From IMG/VR virus record IMGVR_UViG_3300009136_000001, positions 15,024 to 79,023 of that record: a stretch of 64,000 nt of DNA. The stretch is one strand, 5' to 3'. This document shows, piece by piece, positions 37,937-47,765 of this stretch. The DNA comes from a virus. A program made the position numbers and the translations under genes. Every line of letters starts with the position of its first letter. Within the stretch, counting starts at the first letter, position 1. The notes under the pieces are model-generated. The model saw only the letters and a list, made by a program, of their open reading frames with translations, searched no databases and was not told the origin of the DNA.

Positions 37937-38511
37937 TTAGCGCGATCTCCGTAGTACTTGTTGATGATTTCGTCCATGTCTACTTTGGGGTTATTTAGAT
38001 CACCCCACATGAGCATTTCGCTGTTCCATACTTCATCAGCGATATCTGATTGCTTGGATTCGACAATCATACGTTCCAGAACAGCCAGGGCATTCCAGGC
38101 AAGGTGAGCTTGATGGAGCAGATCGGTATCCTGATCTGACATTTCTCCCATCTTGTCCTTCATCCAGTGGCGGAGTAAGGCGTCATCGTAGCGCTCAAGT
38201 CCGTTGGGGACATCTTGCCAGCCGTTGTCGCTGTATTTGTTGGCACCATAGGTACCGATTTCGCAGACAGCCCAGAGTGCATGTGCAAATGCGCCCAGTA
38301 CTAATGAGGGACGGATCTTGCCAGAGTCCAGTTTGGCTCCTGCTTCATGTGCTCCTCGGCCTGTGGGATCTGTTTCCATACCGGGTGGGATATGGTATTC
38401 CACTGCGTCGTCGATAGGGCCAAAAGTGGTGGTGTTGAATTCGTCATCAGGTGTGACTTCGTGCTTGATCATGCTATACCTCGTTGCAGTATTTTTCCCA
38501 ATCGATGACAT
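37933..38511 (-). CDS. dATP/dGTP diphosphohydrolase (DUF5664-like)
   Basis: GAKLDSGKIR, YGANKYSDNGW, RYDDALLRH, HQAHLAWNAL. Confidence 0.85.
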   Translation of the reverse strand: MSSIGKNTATRYSMIKHEVTPDDEFNTTTFGPIDDAVEYHIPPGMETDPTGRGAHEAGAKLDSGKIRPSLVLGAFAHALWAVCEIGTYGANKYSDNGWQDVPNGLERYDDALLRHWMKDKMGEMSDQDTDLLHQAHLAWNALAVLERMIVESKQSDIADEVWNSEMLMWGDLNNPKVDMDEIINKYYGDRAK

Positions 38512-38682
38512 TATTCTCAGCGAGGTGGGTAAGTAAAGTGGTCATTGCGTATTGCAATTGAGTGATGCTGGCCCGTAATTGTTCCAGTTCACCTTGGTGG
38601 TAATCCATGTAAGGTTCTACGATATTCCAGTCACGGATAGCTCTTTGGATTTCATTGCGATCTGGGTTTTTAATTTCGTCAG

Positions 38683-38982
38683 TCATACTGGGATTCCTAC
38701 GTCTCTGCGCCAAGCGCAATAGTCAGTTGATCCATCCATGATCTCAGACCATGGGTTAGGGAGGTCAATCTCAAAGCAGTAGCGTGCAGCACTGGAAGGG
38801 ATTAAGTTGATTTGATGGATATCCGTGGTTCTGCTTACGGAGCCATCATCGTTGAATACTTCTCTGGCAACAAATACACCAGTGCCATGTGGCAAGTAGT
38901 AGCGTCTACCAAGCTCAAGCGGCGACATCGTAGATTCGAACCAGGGTTGTACCCATGCGTTGAAAGGTCGCTTTGCCAGCAA
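38683..38982 (-). CDS. Hypothetical protein
   Basis: ORF in the middle operon; start uncertain. Confidence 0.4.
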   Translation of the reverse strand: MLAKRPFNAWVQPWFESTMSPLELGRRYYLPHGTGVFVAREVFNDDGSVSRTTDIHQINLIPSSAARYCFEIDLPNPWSEIMDGSTDYCAWRRDVGIPV

Positions 38983-39137
38983 TGATTACAGGCTTGGGAC
39001 GGTGTTGAAACAGGGAGTACATGTTACCGCGATGGGTAAAGCGCTTACCCTTGGAGATACATACTCCTTTGAAGAAGTTGATTACGCCAGTGTGACGGTT
39101 CCTTGAAGAACGCTTGTTCTTTTTGGTACGACGTAAC

Positions 39138-39362
39138 TCAATCGGCTTGTCGATCCTTTCTTGTTTCTGTTGGCGCATCATGTCCCTCCAGGGGTGGAGC
39201 ACGGTGATATGAAATGATTAAATAAAGGCAGAAGAACAAGAACACTACTGCAAGAACAGGAAAGATAAACAGACTGAATAACACGCTAAATGTGATTACT
39301 GCTGTGATCGCCGCTGCTCCGAGCAATGTCCATGCTCTCTGCTTCCAGCTGAGGTGTTGCAC
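39138..39362 (-). CDS. Small membrane protein
   Basis: Long hydrophobic segment. Confidence 0.55.
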   Translation of the reverse strand: MQHLSWKQRAWTLLGAAAITAVITFSVLFSLFIFPVLAVVFLFFCLYLIISYHRAPPLEGHDAPTETRKDRQAD

Positions 39363-39574
39363 TACTCGTGATCGGCGAAGTTCAGCGGGCCTCGGTCAGG
39401 TTCGGACTTCTTTGCAACTTTGGGTAGCATTTCGATGTTGGCTGTAACTTCACCAGACTTACGAGCCTTGGTAAAATCAACAGTGCAATCGAAACTCTCT
39501 ACGTCGAATCCTTGGGATCCAATGTAGGATACTACTGCAGCGCGTACGTCTGCGTCTTGAAGAGATATTTTCAC
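39362..39574 (-). CDS. Conserved N4-like small protein
   Basis: MKISLQDADVRAAVVSYI...VDFTKAR...TANIE, adjacent to the resolvase. Confidence 0.55.
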   Translation of the reverse strand: MKISLQDADVRAAVVSYIGSQGFDVESFDCTVDFTKARKSGEVTANIEMLPKVAKKSEPDRGPLNFADHE

Positions 39575-39589
39575 GGATGGTACCTGTTG

Positions 39590-40066
39590 TTAGTGGGTTA
39601 TTGCGTAATGCGCTATCATTAGTGCATCTGACTTACCATCTTGCAATCCGCCGAACTTACCGTGGATTACAACGTCAGGGTAAAGAGCCTTGCAGCGTTC
39701 AGCTACAAGTTGTTTCAGGATTTTCTGTCGGTCTTTTTTTATATCTTTTGGAAGGACAGCTCCAATATGTGCTTGCCAGACTTTCGGCGTGACATAGTTG
39801 AGAGTTGCCCCGGTACAATTGATAATGGTTTCCGACACACCAAGGTTCCGTCCAAATTGGAAGTTCGATTTTGCAGACATACCGTACAGGCTGTGCACAT
39901 CCTCGATATAGATCTTTGGATCCCGTTCGATCACTAAAGGACGAAGGGTATGGTACAGATCATATGCTTGGGTTTTGTTGGCGAAGAATGTTGCTTCACC
40001 AGTATCCGGGGACAGGACACAAATGTATCCTGTTGCCCCCGGATCTATACCGACAGTGCGGAGCAT
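39590..40066 (-). CDS. RuvC-like Holliday junction resolvase
   Basis: VGIDPGATG, IEDVH, NFQFG, VTPKVWQ, DGKSDALMIA. Confidence 0.88.
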   Translation of the reverse strand: MLRTVGIDPGATGYICVLSPDTGEATFFANKTQAYDLYHTLRPLVIERDPKIYIEDVHSLYGMSAKSNFQFGRNLGVSETIINCTGATLNYVTPKVWQAHIGAVLPKDIKKDRQKILKQLVAERCKALYPDVVIHGKFGGLQDGKSDALMIAHYAITH

Positions 40067-40779
40067 TAGCTGAACAGGCTACTTGTAGCTTGCCCTGCGT
40101 CAGCAGCGCTTGCAACTCCTGGATCACCAGCAACAGATACTGTACGATCTTTGACAGTGCCAGTGTTCTTGGCAGCCCACTTTTCAGCAAACTCACCTTT
40201 TGACAGGCCAGCTTTCTTTTCAACAGTGGTGCATCCGGTACCGTGTTCGAAGAACTTGTCGATAACCAGTTGGTCACGGGTTTCAGCGGTGGGAACGTAA
40301 ACACCTTCGGCATTCTTGACGTTCTTGTTGACAGTTTCCTTGATGACACCGACAGCGATTTTCTTGCCGATCAGTGAAGTCAGAACCTGCTTGCTCTGAA
40401 GAGTTTCTTTCTTCAGGTCGAAGTCATAAACGGGGATTTCACGAGCTTCAGGGACGATGCTTGCCAGTTCTTCACCAGCAGCGAGTTGAGTCAGCGATGC
40501 TGCGACAAGGTAACCAGGAAGGTATTGCTTGTTGCCGTTGCGGTCGATGTAGAAGTTTTTCTTGCCCTTCTTCACGCCACTGGTCATCCATAAGGTGTTA
40601 CGGATGTTGCGACCATCGCTTGTTGCCAGGGACAGGATCAGTCCCAGAGCGCCACCTTGTGACTCTTCGACATAAGCCATTTCAATGGCAGTATCGTAAA
40701 GACCGGAGTCAGGCATTCCACCACCAAGGCGATCTGTTTCATCAGCGATTTCGCTGTCTTTCTGTAAATTTTCAAACAT
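40066..40779 (-). CDS. ssb: Single-stranded DNA-binding protein (N4 gp45-like)
   Basis: ETDRLGG..DSGLY, LWMTSG..KG.KNFY, YLPGY, IDKFF, C-terminal SSLFS; start at ATG 40779. Confidence 0.9.
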   Translation of the reverse strand: MFENLQKDSEIADETDRLGGGMPDSGLYDTAIEMAYVEESQGGALGLILSLATSDGRNIRNTLWMTSGVKKGKKNFYIDRNGNKQYLPGYLVAASLTQLAAGEELASIVPEAREIPVYDFDLKKETLQSKQVLTSLIGKKIAVGVIKETVNKNVKNAEGVYVPTAETRDQLVIDKFFEHGTGCTTVEKKAGLSKGEFAEKWAAKNTGTVKDRTVSVAGDPGVASAADAGQATSSLFS

Positions 40780-40827
40780 GAGTTTTTGTCTCGTTGTTGT
40801 GATTGATGTTTCGCCCTCTCGCAAGGG

Positions 40828-41535
40828 CTATGCGTAGTACTCTTCCAAGCGTTTCGTAACAAACAGGATGTCGTTATCGATGTACTTTTCGTTGTCAGCC
40901 CAGAGACCCATGGAAGATCTCATTTTGTCATTGACGGTATCCTTGTCGATAAACGTTTGGAAGACATATTTGAAGCCGAGTTCCTTTTCTCGGTCGGTGA
41001 TATTGAGAAGGTCATTCTCCATCGTCAGCTTGGTCAGAGGTATTTTCTTGCTTCCGATGATGGTTGTGAAGTCAGCTTCGACTCCAGTGGCACCAACAGA
41101 TCCTTTGACCGGAACTTTGATTTCGGTGACCATCTCACTTTCGTTGTACACATCCTTGGTATGAGCAAAGATGATGTAATTCTTCGTGCCAGCTTTGATG
41201 GCGTGCATGAACTGCTTGTAGAACTGGGCATAGTTACCCCAAGCTTTCATGGTATTGGTTGCTTTCTGCACGTACTGAGTTTCGTACTGATCCATGAGGA
41301 AAGTCATGGTATCCAGGACGACAGTTTCCATTGCGTCGTTGGCTTCGATTTCAGCGATAGCTTGATGGATGATCATCGGATCGGTGATCTTCAGTTCAGT
41401 GAACTTTGCACGGAAGGGGAGATCCTTCAGGTCAGTGTTCAAATAAACCAGACTGTCGTCATTAGCTGCTTTCAGCAATGAAGTTGATTTGCCAGAGGCA
41501 GGTTTGCCCGTGCATAATACAATGCGATTATTCAT
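40828..41535 (-). CDS. Sak4-like AAA ATPase (N4 gp44-like)
   Basis: Walker A GKPASGKST, VVLDTMTFLMD, VPVKGS, DND. Confidence 0.88.
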   Translation of the reverse strand: MNNRIVLCTGKPASGKSTSLLKAANDDSLVYLNTDLKDLPFRAKFTELKITDPMIIHQAIAEIEANDAMETVVLDTMTFLMDQYETQYVQKATNTMKAWGNYAQFYKQFMHAIKAGTKNYIIFAHTKDVYNESEMVTEIKVPVKGSVGATGVEADFTTIIGSKKIPLTKLTMENDLLNITDREKELGFKYVFQTFIDKDTVNDKMRSSMGLWADNEKYIDNDILFVTKRLEEYYA

Positions 41536-41597
41536 AGAGTATAGGTTCCAGGGTTAAGGAGTACGTTGGAGCAGCGTAGCTGCGTAAACGTGCGACG

Positions 41598-43742
41598 TTA
41601 AGGAGACTTCTGAGCCTCTTTCTTCGCAATGGTGATCATGATAGTAGAACTAATCTCTTGATCAGAGAGAGGAGTTTCCAACTTCTCGTTAAAGCCATCG
41701 ATCATTGCACGGATTGCTTGCAGTGGGTAACCGTTGTCTACGAGTACAAGACCATACTTCAGCAGCATGTTCGAGCGATTGCCTTCTTCAGTCTCACGAA
41801 TGAACCACTTTTCCAGAGTGGACAGGGAATCATAATTTGCGAACACAGCACTTTGCTCTTCTGCTTTCTTGGTCTTGGGAATGAAGAGAGTTGCGTCGAC
41901 CAGCTCACCATTATTGTAGTGGATTTCACCAGCGTGACTTTCCCACTTACGGGCAATGTCTTTGGCAGATTCATCTACTTCAAATGGCAGCCATTGAAAT
42001 ACGTTGGTCATGTAGCGTGAGTGATCACGAGCATCCAGTTTGATGTGGTGACTCAACGGCAGGATAATACGAAAGCGATTCTTCATAGCAGTATGGCGCT
42101 TTGTAGTAGCCATCAGGTACGTATAATCTTCCAACAGGGACTGAGCTGTGTCCAGTTGGGTACCATCGTCAACGTCAAGGATCAGCAGATTGAATCCACG
42201 GATCACTTTGTCCGAGTGACGGTACTGGTCAATGAAGTGGTGGCTTGTGTAATGATAGCCAGATTGGAGTACAACCTTATCCAGTGAAGCAAAGGGTACA
42301 CTCTCCGGAATGAATCCAGTAGTGATGTCTTGGCTATATGACAGGGTCATCTGATTGGTATCGGTCTCCTGTAGGGATTCTCCTTTCAGGAATTCGATGT
42401 TGTCCAAGTAGCTACGTTGGATGATGATGTTGTTCTTGTAGCCATAGGCGACAGCCAGCGACATGAGTTCACGCTTGTGATTCTCACTACCACGATAGAA
42501 CGGAAGCTCTTCAACGAGATCGACCTGCGTGACCTCACGACCTACATCAGCAATGTAGTTAGCTAACCGGGCGTAATTCCGTTCACGGGTCATCAGCTTC
42601 GTGAAGCTATCTCCGGAATTCTCCGCAAGGAGAATAGCAGATTCCAGGTGCTCACGTTCGATGGTGTTTGCTCCGTCAACAAAGGCATACGCCCCAGCCA
42701 GTTTAAGTGCTTTGTAATACCGATGAGCTGCTTCCGCCTTTTGCACTTCTTGGTGATCACGAAAGTTGTGAGCTTTGGCGTCACCGTAAATTTTATATTC
42801 CAGGAGCAGCAGGGCTACGTCCTGACTCATGGTCAACGTCTTATTGAAGTTGGATGTGAGGCTGAGGTTCATCAGCTTGTTGCCCAGGTCTTCCATTGAC
42901 TTACCGAGATCGGAAGCTGTGAGCATGTCGTACAGAGCCTGTGGATCTTCTACAGCAATGTGCTTGCTGTCACGACTGTAACCAAAGAATAGGCGACGAG
43001 CGTAACCAGTTTCCAGCATGGTAACGAATTCCTGCTCTGTCTTGTCACCATCCAGCAATTTTGCGGGAGTTCCGAACAGCATCATGTTACAGGGGGTCTT
43101 ACCCTCGATCTGCTTGTTACGGGTGTTTTCCTTGGTATTTTTGATCAATTTAGCCTTGATCTTGCCGACATCGTACAGCTCCAGGAAAGTGTTCAATGCT
43201 TCGTTGTTCCCGAGTAGATTGGATCCAACCTCATCCATTTCAAATGCCATTGATCCAGCACCTGCCATGAGCAGCTTGTGGCGCAATTGCTTGATAGCTG
43301 GGCCAGTGCCTGAGTCAAATGAGAATACCATCTCTCCTGCTTCAGCGAACTCCTTGTCTACCTTTGCTTCTTCCTCATCAGCGTCAGTGTCGTGCTCATC
43401 ACAGCGCTCCAGAGTGATCTTGGCGAGCTGGATAGTGGACAGGGACGGGAAGGTATTGTTCAGGAAGTTGTCCTGGAATTTCTGAGTGATGTGCTCTTCC
43501 ATGACGTTCGTGGAATAGCCTTTACCGGAACCGGAAGGCATCAGATTCAGTGCATACATGTTCACCGGGATTACTCCACGGTCATGCGTCTTGATATTCG
43601 TACGCATCATGGAAGCAAGCTTCGAGAAATAATAGGCAGTCAAAATCCGGAAGAAATGAAGATTGGTGCTTTGGGTCTTTTTTGACATAACGTCAACGAG
43701 TTCTTCACTGGTTGAGTTGTGCTTATAGTTCGAAAAATCCAT
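41598..43742 (-). CDS. DNA primase (N4 gp43-like)
   Basis: IPVNMYALNL.PSGSGKG, FSFDSGT.PAIKQ, LDVDDG, TTKRH, GNRSN. Confidence 0.9.
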   Translation of the reverse strand: MDFSNYKHNSTSEELVDVMSKKTQSTNLHFFRILTAYYFSKLASMMRTNIKTHDRGVIPVNMYALNLMPSGSGKGYSTNVMEEHITQKFQDNFLNNTFPSLSTIQLAKITLERCDEHDTDADEEEAKVDKEFAEAGEMVFSFDSGTGPAIKQLRHKLLMAGAGSMAFEMDEVGSNLLGNNEALNTFLELYDVGKIKAKLIKNTKENTRNKQIEGKTPCNMMLFGTPAKLLDGDKTEQEFVTMLETGYARRLFFGYSRDSKHIAVEDPQALYDMLTASDLGKSMEDLGNKLMNLSLTSNFNKTLTMSQDVALLLLEYKIYGDAKAHNFRDHQEVQKAEAAHRYYKALKLAGAYAFVDGANTIEREHLESAILLAENSGDSFTKLMTRERNYARLANYIADVGREVTQVDLVEELPFYRGSENHKRELMSLAVAYGYKNNIIIQRSYLDNIEFLKGESLQETDTNQMTLSYSQDITTGFIPESVPFASLDKVVLQSGYHYTSHHFIDQYRHSDKVIRGFNLLILDVDDGTQLDTAQSLLEDYTYLMATTKRHTAMKNRFRIILPLSHHIKLDARDHSRYMTNVFQWLPFEVDESAKDIARKWESHAGEIHYNNGELVDATLFIPKTKKAEEQSAVFANYDSLSTLEKWFIRETEEGNRSNMLLKYGLVLVDNGYPLQAIRAMIDGFNEKLETPLSDQEISSTIMITIAKKEAQKSP

Positions 43743-43785
43743 TAGGAGTCCTGTGGTTTGGGGTTAATATCTCGCCGTCTAACGA

Positions 43786-44775
43786 TCAGTCTAAGTTGGC
43801 TACGCCTTGCTCGATGAACATCGCTGCCTGGTCGCAGATACCTACGACTGAGCAATACTTGCAGCGTTTTACTTGTCCTTCTACAGTGTCGATACGTCCA
43901 ACACCACCTTGATCCATCATGTAAGATTCTGCAGCCAATTTGTCACTGAAATTTTTGGTTGCACGCGATACGTTCTGTGGGTTCTTGAAGTACTTGTACA
44001 CATCATCAGTCTGCCACAATTCCTCTTTTGTGCATTTCGGGAGTTGGAGTTGTTCCAGTGGTAGGTTTCGGGATACTTCTTTCAGCCGGTTACGAATCCA
44101 CTCTTCAGTTTCATCGTACGAGAACAGCGGGTAGGTAGCTGTCAGATATTTAGCTGCTGGGTAGTCGGGTGACTGCTTAGCTTTCACAGCAGACCAATCC
44201 GTAAAGATGTACTGAATCTCGATGGTTTCCTTGGTGATGATTTTCGGGTTAAGCCAGCGATAAATGCTACCTTGTCGGCGATAGTCATCGATGTTGGAAC
44301 CGTACACGTATCCCCATACGGAAGTACTCTTGTAGTCAGACAGTTGACCACCGTATACGATATCGTATTTTCCTGAGACAATGAAATCTTCGATCGCTTT
44401 TTCAGATCGGTTTTCCAGATAGACAGGAATCATTCCAGGCGGAAGATCACCGAGGTTATCCGGGTTGACTACAATACGATCTTCAATGCCGAGCATTCCT
44501 TTCGCTTCAAGAGCGTTGTGGATTGCTTTTGGGTCACGCCATGCTTCCTCAGCTCCGTCATGGATAGAGCTACCCATCCGTGAGGATATCAGCTGAGAGA
44601 TGTCGATGACCTTATCAAGGTCTTTGTTCTGCCGAGCCAGTACGATCTCTCGTATGGGTTTCATCAAGCTGGTAGCGCTGATGGTATGAGGATGTGAGTT
44701 GTAGTCATACTTGTCATGGCAGAGATACACTGCGAGGGGTAGTGAGATATTGAATTTATCTTGATATACAAACAT
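43786..44775 (-). CDS. PD-(D/E)XK exonuclease (N4 gp42-like)
   Basis: ISATSLMKP, SGKYD...DYKSTS, QGSIYRWLNP, CKYC...C. Confidence 0.85.
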   Translation of the reverse strand: MFVYQDKFNISLPLAVYLCHDKYDYNSHPHTISATSLMKPIREIVLARQNKDLDKVIDISQLISSRMGSSIHDGAEEAWRDPKAIHNALEAKGMLGIEDRIVVNPDNLGDLPPGMIPVYLENRSEKAIEDFIVSGKYDIVYGGQLSDYKSTSVWGYVYGSNIDDYRRQGSIYRWLNPKIITKETIEIQYIFTDWSAVKAKQSPDYPAAKYLTATYPLFSYDETEEWIRNRLKEVSRNLPLEQLQLPKCTKEELWQTDDVYKYFKNPQNVSRATKNFSDKLAAESYMMDQGGVGRIDTVEGQVKRCKYCSVVGICDQAAMFIEQGVANLD

Positions 44776-45881
44776 TAGATTTCACCTAATAAAGTTTCGA
44801 TGTCTTCAACGGAAGCATCGTTGGGAATGGTATGCATCTTGTCCCATGATTTGCCAATGTCCAGTTCAGCACCAAGAGGCACTTCTGTGGATTGGATCTT
44901 TGGATCTTCTTGCCAGCTCATCTCAGGAATGAGGTTCTGATTTAGCCAATGAATAGTCTCTGCATCTTTCCGGGCGAGGAAGTATGCCGCATCATGAATC
45001 GTATTGCACATGATAATATCATTTGCGAATTGCGAATTGCGAATAAGCTTCTCTGTTGCAATCAGAGATCGATTGATCAGTAATCCCCAGGACTGAGTTA
45101 CGGCATTGTTCGCAGACCTTCCTTCGGAAACGCAGTCATATGGGCGATAGCATGATTGATTGGGGAGGGACGACAATGCGGGGGTTCGGAGCCGAAGACC
45201 AAAAGCGCATTCGACATATCCATTATCGATAGCAAAGTTGATATTGTCTTGTGAGAATTCCGCAATTCCTGCGTAGAGGGTATTGTAGGAATCTTCGATT
45301 GCATTGGCATCTTCTTCTGAGAGACCAATGTTTTTAACAAGCGTATAAGCTGTGCCTCCATACTGTAGAGCAAACGATGGAGTTTTCGCATCTTGTCTCC
45401 ATTTCGGATGGAGCTTGGCAATAGAGTTAATTGAATCCGGATCGTCGCTATCATATGCTCGCAATTCAATATGAATTGACGGGGAGTAGAATGCATGTGC
45501 TCGGAGTGAATGACCATCAAACCCACGAGAGAACTCTTTAATTTTGTTCGGGTCATTGGAAAGGATGGCTCCCACGCGGTCTTCAAGTGCATTTTCATCT
45601 GCTCCACAGAATACCCAGCCTTCAGGTGCTACGATAATAGACTTTACAGCCTTACCGTATTTACTGTTTGCTGGTAGGTTTTGTAAATTAGGGTCAGAGC
45701 TGGCTAATCTGCCAGACTGAGGGCCGAACTTTAAGTTACCACACAGGTAGAAAGTCCCGTCGTGCTCGAAAGAGTTTTCTCTGAACGAGGTAATGAAGGT
45801 ATCCAGTATGATTGATACTTCACTGATACCGATAAGGGCTTTCAGCACCTTAGCGATTTCAATAGCTTCAGCTCTATCCAT
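44775..45881 (-). CDS. DNA polymerase family A, C-terminal polymerase subunit
   Basis: SGRLASSDPNLQN, motif A GADENALEDR, motif B RQDAKTPSFALQYGG, motif C IHDA; ATG 45881 with a GAGGA RBS. Confidence 0.9.
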   Translation of the reverse strand: MDRAEAIEIAKVLKALIGISEVSIILDTFITSFRENSFEHDGTFYLCGNLKFGPQSGRLASSDPNLQNLPANSKYGKAVKSIIVAPEGWVFCGADENALEDRVGAILSNDPNKIKEFSRGFDGHSLRAHAFYSPSIHIELRAYDSDDPDSINSIAKLHPKWRQDAKTPSFALQYGGTAYTLVKNIGLSEEDANAIEDSYNTLYAGIAEFSQDNINFAIDNGYVECAFGLRLRTPALSSLPNQSCYRPYDCVSEGRSANNAVTQSWGLLINRSLIATEKLIRNSQFANDIIMCNTIHDAAYFLARKDAETIHWLNQNLIPEMSWQEDPKIQSTEVPLGAELDIGKSWDKMHTIPNDASVEDIETLLGEI

Positions 45882-47394
45882 CGATGTCCTCATCTGTGAA
45901 ATCAAATTGGGTCTTCAATCTCGTGAGGAGTTTGGTGAGAGTTTTCTTTCCAACAGCGGGAGCACCTGTGTCTGTAGTATCAATAGGCTCAAGCCCAAGC
46001 ATCTCGTACAGAAAATACTGCTTCTGGGGATCGGAGCCAGGGTTAAAGCGAACATGGCTAAAGTCACGTAGGGATTTGAATTTCTTTTTGAGCTTGTTGT
46101 TCTTTTTTCGCTGCTCAATAAGACGGAGGTCAAAGTTGAGCATAGCATAGAGGGGAGAGCGCTGGATAATTTCGAGATAATTTTTTAATGCCTCTTCTAA
46201 TTGGGCTTGAACCGTATCCACCTGTTTTGGGTCGACAGGAAGACCTACTAACATCATTTTGAGTAGTATGCCTATGGATGGTTGGAAGAGGTTATTATAC
46301 AGGACTTGCTGTTTATCTGCGACCATTATCGGCTTAAATTTCTCTAATACGTACAACGTACAGCAGCAGTCAGTCAGGTTATATTCCAGTAATTCTGATG
46401 TAGGAATTTTGGTGATATCTTTGATATCTTCTTGGGCATAATTGCCAGCGAACTCGTATGCATTGGATTTCAAATCCAGCTTAACCATGCTGGTTGAATT
46501 CTTGGAAAGGAACGCCATGATTTGTGTACATTCGACATTTGCAAATGCATCGAGTCCTTTGTGCATGAGATCCATGTCATACACTCCTCGCATGAAAACT
46601 TCATATATTAGTATCTTGCAATCGAAAAGTGCATTATGGAAGTAGAGAATCCCACCATCAGCGCAGTAGTTCTCGAAAAACCATTGCAACATATCGTAGA
46701 TGGCGAGCATTTCATTTCGTGAGCGGGAGTGGGTGACATCGATGGCTATGCCGTTGTGTTTGTCCCAGGCAAACGCTATGGTACCTATCCCGGCTTCGTT
46801 GAAGCGTAATCCATAGGTCTCAATATCACAGGCGAGGTGAGGGTGTTCCCAGAGATAGGTCAAGGCTACGTGGATATCTCGAAGAGTTTGTGGTACGGAC
46901 ATACTTTCGATTACTGGTTTGTTGAAGAGGGAATCTTCGAACAGGTAATGACGAGCGAATGAGCTGAGGGATTGGGAAAGCTGCTCTGACATGTCAGCAT
47001 TGTGTTTGATAGCCATGTAGTTAATGGACATGTACACTTTGAATTGTTCATAGCCAGGGAAGACGCCCTGCTTGACTTCTCCGTGCATATTTGTAGTTTT
47101 CGTGACCTTCACAATGTACTTATAGTATGAACCGTCAGCGACAATGAGATGCTCTACCCCGGACTTTTCGAGGGTATCGAGGCAGTCAGTGAGGTTCTGT
47201 TTGGCGACAGCTGCTGGGATACGCTTGGTATATCCGGGTAGAGCGAAGAGGATGATTTCTTCCTTGGGGATTCCTTTCTGGATGAGTGGCTCCACATAGA
47301 ATTTGTGTAGCTGTGCACCGTCGAAGTGATCCTCTTTGATGAGGATAGCGATCTTGAAGGTTTGAGCCGTAGAGCTGTAGATTAGATGTTGCAT
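45874..47394 (-). CDS. DNA polymerase family A, N-terminal/3'-5' exonuclease subunit
   Basis: ExoI ACDIET, ExoII FHNALFD, ExoIII YNLTD, thumb FNPGS. Confidence 0.9.
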   Translation of the reverse strand: MQHLIYSSTAQTFKIAILIKEDHFDGAQLHKFYVEPLIQKGIPKEEIILFALPGYTKRIPAAVAKQNLTDCLDTLEKSGVEHLIVADGSYYKYIVKVTKTTNMHGEVKQGVFPGYEQFKVYMSINYMAIKHNADMSEQLSQSLSSFARHYLFEDSLFNKPVIESMSVPQTLRDIHVALTYLWEHPHLACDIETYGLRFNEAGIGTIAFAWDKHNGIAIDVTHSRSRNEMLAIYDMLQWFFENYCADGGILYFHNALFDCKILIYEVFMRGVYDMDLMHKGLDAFANVECTQIMAFLSKNSTSMVKLDLKSNAYEFAGNYAQEDIKDITKIPTSELLEYNLTDCCCTLYVLEKFKPIMVADKQQVLYNNLFQPSIGILLKMMLVGLPVDPKQVDTVQAQLEEALKNYLEIIQRSPLYAMLNFDLRLIEQRKKNNKLKKKFKSLRDFSHVRFNPGSDPQKQYFLYEMLGLEPIDTTDTGAPAVGKKTLTKLLTRLKTQFDFTDEDIDG

Positions 47395-47765
47395 TAAGCA
47401 TCCGGTTTGATGGTGTGGTTCATACGACCCATAGCATATTTCGCAGCAGGTAAAAGTGTCAGTTCCATTTCCTTGTCTGTTGGCTTGACGCGCACATCAT
47501 CTCCGTAACCTTCCAGTTCTTCTAATCCAGAAGTGGCAAGGATTTTGAAAAGTTTCATACCTTCTTTGTACGGAAGAATGTACGTAGTGTATCCGATTTT
47601 TACACATACTCGTGGTGTAAGGGCAGCTTGGTTAGCCTTTCGATTAGCCTCTACCAGATCTCTGCCGGTAGTGCACGGTTGATCCAATTGTGCCAGTGAA
47701 TTGAGGTTCGCCATGATTGATCCATAAAATGTTGTAAGGTTTTTTAGTTGTGATGTCGTCTGCAT
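47394..47765 (-). CDS. Hypothetical protein
   Basis: Coupled to the DNA polymerase N gene; start uncertain. Confidence 0.45.
   Translation of the reverse strand: MQTTSQLKNLTTFYGSIMANLNSLAQLDQPCTTGRDLVEANRKANQAALTPRVCVKIGYTTYILPYKEGMKLFKILATSGLEELEGYGDDVRVKPTDKEMELTLLPAAKYAMGRMNHTIKPDA

Noticed and set aside
37933-38511. Z-genome (2-aminoadenine) pathway
   Set aside because: No PurZ or DatZ gene is visible in the window, and DUF5664 alone is insufficient.
45860-45910. Intron or intein in the DNA polymerase
   Set aside because: The two ORFs overlap with no intervening sequence.
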